Positions 42,101 through 55,200 of a stretch of 64,000 nt of DNA are shown piece after piece. The position numbers and the translations under genes were made by a program. The stretch is from Ophelia neglecta (taxonomy: Eukaryota), in contig OZ260664.1 of assembly GCA_965285935.1 (NCBI GenBank), positions 72,416,001-72,480,000 on the forward strand. Direction: 5' to 3'. The notes below the pieces were generated by a model. The model saw only the letters and a list, made by a program, of their open reading frames with translations, was not told the DNA's origin and made no database searches. Each line of letters starts with the position of its first letter. Position 1 is the first letter of the stretch.

Positions 42101-42637
42101 GAGCTCTGGTTATGGTTACGAACAGGAATTACCCCTAAGAAGGAACAGTGGAGGGCACATGCTCGAAATCTCTCACTCCGTGTTCTGGAACAATCCTGGA
42201 AGGTTGAATGTGTGCTGAGCTCAAAACTTAAGGTGTATCGGCAGATGATGCCAAATTATAAAGGCAATGAGTGGTGGAGATGTGCGCGAGATATGCGGGC
42301 AATAAAAGGAACTCAGATTATTTTCAAGCTTGCCACAAAAACATCTGTCCTCTATGCCCATTCCGGGAGATACTTGGAGTCTACTGGCGATTGGTGCCCG
42401 CTCTGCGGTTGCCGGGGTGACGACCTGGAGCACTTCCTGCTGAAATGTGAGGTCTTAAGACATGAAAGAATGCACATTTTTACTTACCTTGAGAAATGTA
42501 TTACTGACATCGGTCCCTATGACGATCCTTGTGCTGTCTTACTTACCTGTGAATCATACCTCAGGTCCTGTCGAACTCAAGTCCTGTATACCCTCCATGA
42601 AATGTACAGCCGCCGTTTGAGAGGTCATATTGAGTGA
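39119..42637 (+). pseudogene. Retrotransposon ORF2 (APE endonuclease + reverse transcriptase + C-terminal CCHC), interrupted by a single in-frame TAA at 41921-41923
   Basis: APE motifs WNCHG, INEHF, GGVALFW, SVYLP, MGDLN, IDHCL, SDHLP. RT motifs KAAGYD, YRRISLLPVLGKVME, LDCQKAFDSV, GLHQGGPLS, FADD, HLGV. ORFs 39119-41923 and 41951-42637 share a frame and the gap reads ...GWRTVE*FLDLQRLKVMRDLL. C-terminal CPLC...DLEHFLLKC zinc-knuckle. Confidence 0.92.
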
Positions 42638-42845
42638 TAATGCTCCTGTAACGGTCTACAGGTTGAGGTGTAAACTAACTGTAAATCCCTGTACACTGAT
42701 TCATACCCCTTATATTATCGTAGTAATATGTATTGTAAATATATATGTACATAGCACACCTCAGAGGTGCGGTCGTTGTAAATATGATTGTATATAATGC
42801 ACATATGTAGCTGCCTATTTATGTATTGCATGATAAAAATGTACT

Positions 42846-42884
42846 CTCCAGAAAGTGGAGGAATAAAAGCTATATATATATATA
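42846..42884 (+). other. LINE 3' terminal signal: CTCCA-GAAAG-TGGAG hairpin, AATAAA, (TA)n tail
   Basis: Stem 42846-42850/42856-42860, AATAAA 42862-42867, TA repeat 42871-42884. Confidence 0.75.
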
Positions 42885-43065
42885 AGTGCTCTCCCACATC
42901 ATCATCAGGATTGGGACAGCAGTTCCACATATGATGGCAAAGTTTTAAATGTTAACCCTGCCAAGACATGGAAATGAGAAATGAATGAGAATAAATATCC
43001 ATTAACGTTGCCCAGATCAAAACTACAAAACTATCTGCTTTCTTGCCTTTTTTGCCTTAAATTGG
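42882..43065 (+). repeat. Right copy of 184-bp direct repeat (putative target-site duplication)
   Basis: Begins within the end of the (TA)n tail, so the boundary is ambiguous by a few nt. Identical to 37485-37668; the copies diverge after ...AAATTGG (CAAAG vs TTACG). Confidence 0.95.
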
Positions 43066-46000
43066 TTACGAATGCCAATTATAAAGCATTGCAATCAATG
43101 CCAACATTGAAATAATACTACAAACTAGGACAACTGGTTATACCAGCATTTGTTCTCTTTGCGGTCATTGTTTGTTTATACAAAATACGGCAGTGGGTAT
43201 CCGGCAATTAAACTAAATTTCGGGTCCATTAATACAACTATAACTTCCTGCCTCCATGCGCCAGGGACAATGTAGTGGGTTTTACAAAACAGCATTCCTA
43301 ACCATAACCAGAAATATATCATACGCAAGGGATAATGACAAGAGGTATTACAAAACTGACAAGGTACTTCAGGAAAAAATATAAGTTTGGTAATTTATAG
43401 TCAAAAGACTAACAATCGGCCTTGGCCTCGCCGTATGTGTTTGTCCAGGCCCAGTATATGTAGGTCAGCGGTAACAGAAATGCAAAAATCGAGTTATGAA
43501 AGCTGCCTCCACCTACGCCACTACCTTATGCATTTCAGGGATATAAATTCTCGTAAATTGCATTTATTTTCTAAATATAATGAAAAGTGAATTCAACTAT
43601 ATGATCCTGTAAAGTTACACTTCTACAGATGTTAGTATATACATGTATTATGTTCTTAGCCTCCGAAATCAACTATTTACTTTCGGTTGACATTTATAAT
43701 TGTTGTTTATATAGCTAAATACAGAATAAAAAATATAAGCATTTGGTATATATGTTTATAATGATAAGTTTGAAAGAAAAATTGGGAAAGGGGAAAGGCA
43801 GCCAAACCAGGTAATCCTTTAGAGTATGGAGGACCTGGTACTCATAACCAGGTACTCAGATAGGGCTTTTTCGGAAATTGTTCCCCAAGGGTAGGGAAGT
43901 GGCGGCAACGACCCCCCTGTTCGGGATGGGGGGGGGGGAGAAGTCTGTCCGGAATATGCTCTGTGTATTTCAAATATCTTGTCCGGGATAGGGGCCGGGT
44001 GGGTAGATTTTCAAACTCATATCCGGGGGAGCGAGGAAACCTTCAAGTTTAAGTGAAGTCAACATCTTATTGTATAACTTATGCCTATTATCAATTTTAA
44101 CCAGTTAAAAAAATAGGTTATCCACTAAATACCAGGGACCTTTTTTTCTGCTTCAGCTCGCGAAGTTATCGACTATTAGAAAGGAAAGTAATTCGTAGCT
44201 AGACATAGGTATGTATAGGCCCTATGTGCTTTACTTTTCATTCGTTTTATGTCGTCAATAACACAGCGCCAATGCTTACAAAGGCAAGCTTATCTTACCA
44301 AATACATCTAGTTAAAACAAAATGGCCTCATTGGTGTTCCTCTTCATGTACAACAACAAATAATTGCAAGTACTCTCGGACCATTTTAAAACCATAGCCT
44401 ATCATTCAACAAAGTGCTCAATAACTAGAATTAACGTTAAGGCACTTACAGAACGTATATATTTTGCGGGTTTTATGTTTTGATGTGTCTGCCTGCGGGA
44501 AATCAACAACTAGTATACTGAAAATTTAAACAGTACAAGACGAATGGCTTCGCAACCTGTGACGAATGATGATGTATCGGAAAGCTTCGGTCTTAGATCA
44601 TGTCTGAGGGAACGAACGGGACAATGGCTGCCGATTTTAAAAAAAGATGGATCGTGCTCAAGAATTTCATATATTGTTGTATGAGGATATCGACCATCCT
44701 TCAGAGTCGTAATAGTAAAGTTTGAACGAAGATTGATTACCTAAATGTGTAGCAGTTCCTAATATTCTAAAATGACCATGCGACTGCATATTTAACCAGT
44801 GAAAGTAGACTTAGGCTTCTTTATCCTAACACATCAAACCGATTTCTATCATTTTAATTCTCCCCAGACTGAGTTACGGACCCCTGATAGTCTAAAGGCT
44901 TATGGCCACAGATAATTTCTTTTTCAAACAAATATAATGTGATCAGTGCAGATTAACCTTAAATATTTTTTTATGAAAAATATGAAATGTTATAATTATG
45001 AACTTGTTGTCCAGCATAGCTCTTACAAGTTATGGTCTACTACTCCGGTACAAACACTCTGCTCACGCACTAGTCAAATAATTAGTTTCATGATAAGGCA
45101 GTTTTACTGTCCCGCTCAACACCTAAAATATACTCTTGCTTCTTGACATGTGTTAGTTGTGCTTGGTGTGGTGGGGAGAGGGGGAGAGGGGGAGAGAGGA
45201 ACACCTTTGCTTATACGTTAGTAACGAGCCAGTGATTCATTTAAAACTTTTTCCCATTGCTAACAGTATTAAACCATCCTTGACCTTGGGTTATAGTATG
45301 AATTCAAGGGAATTGACGATAGTCGTGATACTCCTGAAAACAATTTTCTTGCACAACGTTCATCCTGATATTTAATATAATATGACACGAACTTTTCCGA
45401 GAGTGTTAATCTCGAGCCGGAGGGAAGGCGTGTCACATCATATCTCACAATCTGAGTTGCGCCTACACAGGAAAAAACAGCCCCGCGCCTGGTGGTGATT
45501 CTTATTGTTGTTTTATGACTTGATTTGCTTAGCAATCTTTCCGTAGATAATTCAAAGTACGTTTGGATATTAAGTGTAAAAAGGTATGTGTCTTAAATTG
45601 TCCGCGTGCATCACTTGGAAACTCCCGCGTCATTTTGTTTTAATAATTTTATGCGGGATTGAAGGTCGTGCAGTTAAGATCAATTTCATAGTTTTCATGA
45701 TTTTGTCTTACCTAAAATTTATATACATGCACACATATAATTATTGAAATCGAGGCAGGATATATTTTCTCATTATAGGCTGGGCCATATAGGCCTTTTT
45801 AAAACCTACAATGGAAATCCAAACGACAATAATAAACTATTAATACAAACACAAAAATAATTATTATATACGATGGTATTGTGGATTTGTTCTAGAAAAG
45901 GCCATGCATTTTACTTTCTTATTCTCTAAATGAACGATTCTTCTTTAATCATAAATATTTTGTCATATTATCTCTAAAGAATTGCACCTTTCCCTTATTA

Positions 46001-46413
46001 TACTAATATACTGATTTTGAAAAAGGTAGTAAAAATGTTTAATTGGTAGCCTGCATCACTGTTTGCAAAACCACTTGATGGGTAACAAATACTTGATAAG
46101 GCGTCAAACTCGAATGAGTTATCTCCAGGGGACAAGGTGAAAACAACTTTTATGTGCCGTGTTACATCATATAACTGTGTTTAATTGGATCACATATCAT
46201 ATTAGTGGCTAATTGCCTTCAATCCGGAAATTAAAGATAGTATAGTGAGTTGTCTTGAGATATACAAGTGTGTTATATGGCTCCTGTCATCCTCATTGGC
46301 TGATTCCGTGTGGTTCATTACACCTGAACAAACACCTGGTGCATCGCCTGCTTTATAATTGGTGAAGGCGTTTTTTAAAAACTCTCCTTTGAGAAGCTGA
46401 GAAAAAAAATGCC

Positions 46414-46473
46414 ATGGCGCCACAAGGACACGCTCACCAAGTCGAGTGCCTAATCAGACACACTCGTCTCCAG
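46414..46473 (+). other. Candidate first exon of a plus-strand transcript (MAPQGHAHQVECLIRHTRLQ)
   Basis: GCCATGG Kozak context, strong CAG|GTAAGC donor, with ATTGG (reverse CCAAT), two CACCTG E-boxes and TTATAA within ~120 nt upstream. No downstream exon identified. Confidence 0.25.
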
Positions 46474-49400
46474 GTAAGCACGTCTTCGTGGATTGAACTG
46501 GTTATGTCTCATTAGTACAACCGGGCACGAACGACAGGGAGATCTTTGGACATGGTGATGGGTGTACACATGTTATTGAACAAAAACTGTCATTTGAAGT
46601 TGCCGAATCGAGGGCAGCACTGTATGAAAGGATATATAGATATTTGAATATTTGCCCATTTATTTCATTAGCTATCTTTCGATATAGAGAAAAAGAAATA
46701 TATGTATTTATCATGTTCAGCTATGAGATCCACATATAAATAGGAGGTGCACGACAACAAAGAATGAAGTAATTGTCGCACAATATCTTCGGATTTTAAA
46801 ACCGGTCAAAGAGGATACACAAGGGCAGGTGTTTGAGTCCCCACAACCAAGGCAAGCACACAAGTCTGGACCGGTAAAACCACCCTGGTCTTACGCATCA
46901 TACAATGACCAGTAAACATAAATAAATAAAAAAAAAAAAAAAACTTCCACCCAAATACATTTGACATAATTTACGCCATTCATATAGGCCACATGAACAT
47001 AACCACGGCATAATATTCTTTGAATTTGTTCATGCAGCACACATCAATAATTTACTATCCAAATACCCATGCACGTAAACACATTCATAAGGAATCTCGC
47101 AGGGTAATGAGTTGGATGCATCACATGCAGTGCTCAACACGTAACCCGTATGGCTGTCTCCGTGAACACCGACATGTAGACCCATATATATAGGCGACCC
47201 ATGATAACAAAACCCACACATCCAATTAATACATAGAATTATAAGATATACTTAGAATTAAGTGACATTTCAAATTGCGTGTATTAATCAAGCTCTCTTG
47301 TGATGCACCGACTTGCTTTTTTATTAGGCTACAGACTTTTATATCATAATGTGAACCAATTAAACTCTTTATATAGTTGGTTCCCTGGCTGTTAGGCCCT
47401 CCGCGCTCAAAACCTTATAGGGTTATAAGACCTCGAGGACGAAAATATACCGGAATTTTAAGACCGACTAATTTCGAGACCAGGATTGCTAGACCGGATC
47501 CCAAATATACTGTGGAACTTAAAATAATAGTATTTTAGGCCGGGTAGACACGCGGGATTTGGGTTACGGGCAATGTGATTAGTCCGCGAGACTTTCTGCC
47601 CTGGGACTCGCAAACTGTTACAGCGTCACTGCCTCCAGGGGTTTAGAAGACATGACTTGGCTCAGAGTCTAGACGCTCAGATGTTTTTTATCTATCTTTT
47701 TCGTTTGAGACAGTACCAAAGTTAGTTAATACAATTGACAATGATATATTTTTTCAAATTTATATTAACACTCCTGTTATTTTTTCAATAGACTGCTTAC
47801 CCAGCAAAACTTATTTCCCGTAAATATCCCCAAGTTATTAGATGTGAAAAATCGTGGCATTAAACATCCAAATTTTAAGAGACATTTAGATGTTTTTGGC
47901 GACTTTAAATATATATATACCTGACTATAAACAATAATGAGAAATAGAAATGATCTGTTTAAAAAATAATAGTTTGAAAAAATAGCGTAAAACCTCCATA
48001 ATATTTCCCTTTTTTATTAGCTATTAAGGTAATTTTGGGATTACCGATCACAAGCCCCATTATTGTTGTATTTAATCAGCTAGTTATGTACATTGGCCAG
48101 GTCTGAAAAACGAGCGTCTACTCTATACTTTGGCCAAATATAAGGCGGCAAAGGGCAGTTTAACGGACAGATAATATGGAAATTTCCCTGGACACCAACG
48201 ATTTTGCGAGTGGAATGGCCCACCTAGAATGAACTGGTCACATAAAATATTATTGTCTCGATAATAACACCTTTGAGGTAAATGCACTGGAAAAGTTCAG
48301 CACGATTCAATTGAATCAATGTGTCATTCACTACCCCAACCGAATATAAACTTAAGTATTATCCCGTTCACCGGTAGGGATTGAAAGCTAATAACGACTA
48401 TTTCATATTTGTCTGAAAAACTTTCTATGGTCGGTAGTGCATTTCATATCTATGGCTTCCCCTTCCTGGTGAAAATGGAATCCATTCTGACTGTCTTCAA
48501 AAGGCCGTCAAATTGACGAGGGGATTGAAGCACTGAAAAAACTTACCGTAAGCACCATGAAATCTTAACATCACTTTTAAAAAAATGAAGTTGGACAAAA
48601 CCGATGGAAATAGCATGAACTTGAATGATTAGAAGGAGACGGGTTTATTTAATCAACCAAGAAAATCAATTAAAAACACGGCAATGGGGTAATATGAGAA
48701 ATTCAATTAGGATCATGTAGCCTACAGGGCTAACTGAAATCGATGTGCCGCTAAAATGGAGCCGACCTTAACTAGATTGAAACGACAGCGAGACAAACAA
48801 AGCAATAACAATCCGTCTGCCCATGCTCGAGAAAGTGATTGAAACGGTTCCCAAAGGCGGGTCACCTTGCGCCATTAGGATACTGCAATTGAATTCTCGA
48901 GCCGGCCAATTAGAATATGGGAGGAGGAAGGTTAAGGATGCATAAGATTAATTTAAAAGTCCATATTCTTTCACCTTGAAGAGCCAATATATTTTACCGA
49001 GGTTTTTCATCGTTTAACTGAAAGTATTTTTGGTACAGTATAAATTATTGTTTTTCACGTTTTATGAATATTAGCTGAAGCACTAATTAACCAGCACAGC
49101 GAAGAAAAATGCTATCACGCTCTTTTATATTCAAGATGGCTGGCATTATCCAAAGCCCAACTGGAGTACGGGTTGCATTGCCTATATAAATCAGTCGCGT
49201 ATATTGGCGATAATGCCCGGTTTTTGATGATACCCGCTGGTATAAGAAAAATCAAGCCTCCGGCCAGATTTTAGCAGATTATTAGTATAAAAACCCGTGC
49301 ATTTCTCTGCTTAACCTCCACACCAACTAAACCGGCGATGTCCTTCCCAGACATAGAGTAAATTTATGGAGTGAACAATTGTAGGTTTAGATAAGATGCA

Positions 49401-52260
49401 TATATACTTTTTCCTCAGTCATGTTTCACGTTTGTGGTTATGATTTGCAAAATTTTAGGCTTCGACCGGATATGCAAATAAAAATGTTTTGAGGGTTCCT
49501 AGCAAAAGAAAGTTAACTGGTAGGATCTGATATTTATAACAATACCTTTTCAAGACTTTTCGAAGGCTGGACAGGAAGAAAAATGGGATCAAACGATAAT
49601 TTTTAACACATAATTTGTTTGATAATAATACTTTATACATTTTCCCAGACCGGTATCAAAAATAGGCTTCTGTCGAACGTACGCACGCTTGAACAAAACA
49701 GAAAAGTGTATAAATACTCGAGCCGTTTGGTACATAATATATATCAAATCTACTTCAAATAAATAGTGTAGTTAACTTCGGATATATAATATTGTGTACG
49801 TATAGACAGCTTCATATACGCGATATAATTGCATACATGAAAATTATAAGGAAGTTAAGGAGACAAGTGTCTGAATTCGTATCTCCGTTCTTCTATATAG
49901 GCTATAGATAAATTTTCCAAAGGCCTATCACCCAAGGTTCTGAGAATGAAATAGTTAAGAAGACAAAAAATAGTATTCGGTCACATTTTATACGAACCCC
50001 ATTAAATTATTATAAAGACGCTCACGGGAATTCTGGACTAAGTTATAATGCCAATGAAATATTGTGCTGAGACGAAAATGGTCGGAATATGCAATTCACG
50101 CATTAAATTGGTTGAGCGGGTAGCCTTGCCGTATTCAGCCCCATGATGAACTGCCTAGGACGTAAGTGGGTTCAATGATACCTCTGACCCATGTCCAGCA
50201 TTTAGCGTTAATAAGTGGCTTTCCGTCCCAATGAAAGACTGCTGCTCAATTTTATTTGGTCTGATGGTCCTAAATGGACGGGGTACATTTGAGTGGAGTC
50301 ACTTTAGAGGCAATGGCGGGACGTCGATGGGGCCATTGCCATGTTAGAGTGGACCCTACGCACGGCGTTACAGATTACTATAGTATTTAGGTCCAGAGTC
50401 ATATTAGAAGAATATATATACGAGCAATCAAATTTAACATTAAACACATTTAAATTAATATGACGAATTCAGCATAATCTGGCGTGATAAAATAATGATA
50501 TTGTTTGAAAATTATAGTTGGTAAAATGAAATAATCTATGAACATTTTTTCCTTCTGTTACAATTACCGGAAACTAGAAGGGATGAATCGAATTTATTTC
50601 GAACATTAACACTATCACTATACAGTGTGTAATTGTTATTTATTTCCTCATACCATAAACATTATAATGAGATTATATGCAAACGTCTACTCCAATTGCT
50701 GGTAGATTTGCTATTCGGAAACATTGTCAATACTTTGCTATCGCATTTTAGGTTAGAGGAATCAATAAGAAAAAAAACCTGTGAAGTCATGTCTGAAATC
50801 AACATTATAGTCGATTAAACTTTATATTTACACAGCTCCGGTTTCCTTTGTTTTGTCACCAGATCGATGTGATCCGAGTACCAAGGTTTTTTTTGCTCGG
50901 AACTTTCTGGTAAGGTTATATGCGTGCGAAGCTCCTCCCGGATTATCGGGTAGTAAAGGGATTGATGGGGCAGGAGTCCGGAGCAAACTCATTCATCCTG
51001 GGCGACTTGGCGGTTGTATTGTTACCTGGTGAACAATAAATATACCCATATCTCAGTTGCTGTCTCGTGAACGACCTCGTAGACGGCTTTCTGTTAGTAC
51101 AACCAGAACATTGAGGGTACGGCAGTGAAAACAGAAAAAAATAACAATTAGGAAGGCAGGGTAATTGCGACGACGTAAGGCGATTTGGGTGATAAATCAG
51201 AAGAACAACGAGCAAAAGTACTTTTGTTGACTAACGATAGCAGGACCTATTCGGCCTTAAAGAAAATGGCGCACTTTTTGTCGTTGAAGTTTCACAGCAA
51301 TGTCCATAGCACTTTTTATGTAATATAACCTATATATCGGAAGAGACTAATATATACTACCCATAGATATGGGGATGTCCAAATCCTTCTGCTTTATTAT
51401 ACACGGTAAGCAAAAGGAATGTTCCGACAATTCAACTTTGACAGGTGCGCGATATGCCAATGCTTGCCTTCAGCCCAGGGTCTGCCTTCAGATGTACCAC
51501 AACCAAACATTAAACGGTCCGAAGTAAATTAACACGATTGAAGCATATTTCTTCACCATTGTGTTTCAAAATCTTAAGCTACCTGAGTTGATGACGGTAT
51601 TTTTATTGTTTTGGTTTCTTGGAATATAGAATGCGCCATTTATATTGCAGCACCCCTCTGCTCATCTCAACACATAAAATTTGGATGTCCTTTCACACAA
51701 TTACTCTGCTGTGAGTAGAGCCACTCAATGCTTATAAACTTTTACCGCGCTTTCCTCTTTTAATTGTATATGCAATTTGCAATAATCATGAACACTTATA
51801 AAAGTGTGCCTCGTCAGGAACAATGATTTACAACTAATATAGTTTCATGTGTTGACAAACCTGAACTTGGCCAATGTACTGTAGTCTATAATAAGAATCC
51901 TGCTCTTGGGAGAATGTCAGACATTTGGTCTTTTGGTTCAGCAATAGAGAGTTATTAAACATTGCACAATGTTTAAACTTCGTAGATCCGTAAGGGAGAG
52001 TGGCCTTTGACATTATCGTAGTTTTAGGTTATTTCCCCGTGTCGTTGAATATTACTGTAAGTTGAAGGTACACGAAACTTCACTGCAACTAGTTATCACA
52101 ACTGATAGTACACTGACATTTATCATGAATTGAGCATATTATTGAACGTCAACGATTTTAATGTCATGCAAGCATAATACAAATATGTTCACCAAAAAGT
52201 AACTCAAACCTAAATTATTAATTCGCCCAGAGATTTCCACTCTCACCACTCTAATGTGAA

Positions 52261-52276
52261 AGAGAGAGAGAGAGAG
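52261..52276 (+). repeat. (AG)8 microsatellite
   Basis: Directly visible. Confidence 0.85.
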
Positions 52277-55200
52277 AATATCGCCTCCCATTGTCCTATC
52301 CATTGTGGAAAAGAACGACACATTATTTCAAATAAGACAAGGAACACGAAGAAGGTGGATTCGTGTAATTAACGTTACACTTCCAGCGAATATTGAATAG
52401 TGCGCCAGTATATTTATTGTCAGTATACGAGATTGGTGACATTTCAGGAACCATCAATGTAGCTCTTAATTGTCAGATGGGTTGGTTTAAACTCATTAAT
52501 GCACGTAGTCAGTAATTGTTATGATTACTTCATTTGGAATTCCCGGAATACAGCTTCATTTATTTTGTCCAGTTGTTTTCTGTGCAGCTTAATTAATGAA
52601 ACATCCGATTATTCCAAATCATGAGCTGCTGCCATTGGAGGCTATGGAGGCTTTATCAATCTATAAACAAATCAAATTCGATGGAATTAGGGAATGATAT
52701 TCAAACTAGCATTGCACCAGCTAACAACGTCTTCAAAATGTATAGCAACAAAATTAACAGTGTGCTAGTAGGCTGATGAGAAAAGTACATAGTTATCCTC
52801 TCCCATTGGTGTATGAGACTCGTTTCAAGTGGGTTATAGTGAATAGGGCCCACTGGAAATATTTCATACTGCTTACCAACAGCCACTTTTAACATCTAAA
52901 GCCTGATTGCAATTAAAGAATCAGTGATCAGCAAGTGGTTACTTGGGTTTATTTTGGCTGCGCATGGGGTTTTAACATGGAGAATTCGCTAAACGCCTCT
53001 TTCTCCGCTCCCGGTGAAGTGACCGAAACAAATGGCAGAAATAAATAATATATAAGAAGCTTTCTAAATATGTAATTTTCATTCTTGCCTAGTGACCACA
53101 TGGTTCTCTATTAACTCATTAGCGCAGCAAAATCACAACTTTAACCCTACTAGGCTTATGCTGTGGACTAGTCGTATGCTGTGCTGTCCCCTGCCATATT
53201 AGGAACTGAACTAGGCTTAATGATGTCATATCCGACAGGTAGTGTAGTAATCCTGTCTCTCGAGCGTCCTCGATAGTAGTATAGCTCCGCCTAAGCGCTC
53301 TTCTGTGAAAGGTTCAGCTTACGTCCTTAAACATGACTTCCCTTGTGCATGCATCCAAACATGAAGTGGCTGGACTTCCGCCAAATAACTTACAGATCAA
53401 TCCGCCTGTGAGCAGGCTAGTTTATGCACATGCTCGGTGATTGATGAGAGCTATATTATGGTCGTTTGGCACGTCTTCCGATGCATTGATGCTGGCTATG
53501 TTAACTGATACCTAGAGTTTACCTTACAAGTTTCGAACTAATTTACGAAATATCATAAACCACCGAGAAAAAAACATAGACAACAATTTCCTACCTGCCC
53601 TTACAGGTTTCAGCATTGCTAAACCAATGATTTGGAGCAATTGTTGAACTCACCATGCAATGAACCAATGTGATGCGATTGCTTATGTCGATTAAATAGC
53701 AAAATTGGAAACACTAAAACGGCTGTTCACGCTACTACGGCATAGTGTATCCGATTTCGATGGGACTTGGACTGATAACATCTTTTTGGCAAACATTTTG
53801 TGAACGTTTTCCCACAGGCAGGCACAAATATAACATTTTAATTCGTAAAGGGGTAAATTCTTTGAATTCAATATGCCATTTTCTGCTGTTTGCCTTGAAC
53901 GACACGGTTAGAATTGTGAAATAGAGCTAGAAATAGAAGCCTGTTTCCTGTCACCTCGCCTCCTTAAAAAATATTTTGCCGGTCGCTTAGTTCTTTTATG
54001 CTAGGCAACGTCCAAGCTATAAACCAGATTTGCTCATGGCCATTTAGTTAGTGAATGGGCCGCAGGGCAGGCAATGGGAGGCGTCTATTGTCAAGCAGAG
54101 CTCTCAGGCGGGTTGGAGAAGGCTTGCTTGCCGCCCGCGGGCACACCGTGCAAGTAATCCTAATACTGATTACAGACATGCCAAGCGAATTTGCCATACA
54201 TAAAACTGATGAATGGAAGTAGACCTGCCATTGTCCGAGACACCGACGTCCATCATTGTCGCATTTTTTTCTAGTCTCAATATATCTGTCTGGCGAGAAG
54301 TGGGAATTAGTCTGATAGATAGCATTCCGGGGACACGTACAGCCTGTTCTCCAAGTATGGTGGTACTATGTTGGAACCGAAAAGACGGCATATTGCGTCC
54401 AGCAAGCAGTTAAATATGTCAACAAAGAAAATATCCCATTAGGCTTTTTACAACCGGTGGTACTGGCGGAGGCGGGGGCACATGGCCTATACTATTTATA
54501 ATATTGCACCAGCGGATTTCCCCAGCAGCGCCGAGGTTGGCTGAAAGTACAATGTTTTCAGTCCAAACATAAGCTATCACGAGTTTAGACTTAATTCGTT
54601 GCAGGCCACTCCCTTTAAAAGTAATAATTGGCGATGCAAAATCTATACAGTCATATGATCTTTAGTCTTTTCCGGCCTTAGTCGGACCTGCATAATTCAT
54701 TCTGATCTCACGAATATTTGTTATAATCACAATCTGAGCTTTGTTTTGCATTAGAGACCATTATGAATCGATTGTCAACTGGAATAGTTTTGGTCTCGCT
54801 GTTTATGTGCAGTCCATCTGACTTTAATCATAAGCTATAACTTCAACCATGGCGAGCAGTTATTGAGCGTGTTCGGGGAATATTTCCACAGCACAGATTG
54901 TTAGCTTTTCTGCTGGTACGTTGTTTTCTCGCCATGTAAACACTCTGTAACGTTCCAATGTACCTGCCAAGAGTCCACACATGGCAGAACCTATCACCAT
55001 GATAAAGAGACATGTTACCCGAATCGCTCTTAAACTACCCCAGCCTAAGTTTCTAATAGAGAATGCGCTCTTCGCCAGGCGTGAAGACAAGAGGTACAAA
55101 ACAATTCTCTTGGGAAAGCCGTAAGCCTAAAGGGTCTTCATCATTTTGCCCAATGGATGATACCAATATTCCTGAAGTCAATAAAGGTAGTCGTACACGT

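Larger units (their letters stand above)
37669..42881 (+). mobile_element. Full-length APE-type non-LTR retrotransposon (LINE), probably RTE group / RTEX-like; CR1/L2-type not excluded
   Basis: Two long overlapping ORFs (ORF1; APE-RT-CCHC ORF2), a ~245-nt 3' UTR ending in hairpin + AATAAA + (TA)n, and identical 184-bp flanking direct repeats. The clade call rests on recalled motif style (KPYW...WVEAGRPR...YKMAK linker, KAFDSVW..GLLFKL, microsatellite tail), not on a computed tree. Confidence 0.95.

Noticed and set aside
37749-42433. Antisense and alternate-frame ORFs inside the LINE (e.g. 37749-38351, 40301-40732, 41344-41634)
   Set aside because: Shadow ORFs of the coding strand with no recognisable motifs.
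37485-43065. LTR retrotransposon, reading the 184-bp repeats as LTRs
   Set aside because: No TG...CA termini, PBS/PPT, protease or integrase; the ORF2 is a LINE-type APE-RT with a microsatellite tail.
50260-50340. Hammerhead-like CTGATG-GTCC-TAAAT-GGAC-G and nearby GGCAATGGC/GCCATTGCC hairpin
   Set aside because: The core lacks the final A of CUGANGA and has GGGG instead of GAAA; flanking stems I and III are not evident.
52877-52895. 19-nt minus-strand mini-exon (MLKVAV-G, GTAAGC donor); similar isolated splice-like pairs at 22942-22963 (+) and 6178-6213 (-)
   Set aside because: Splice-like motifs arise often by chance in AT-rich DNA; no homology or expression support.
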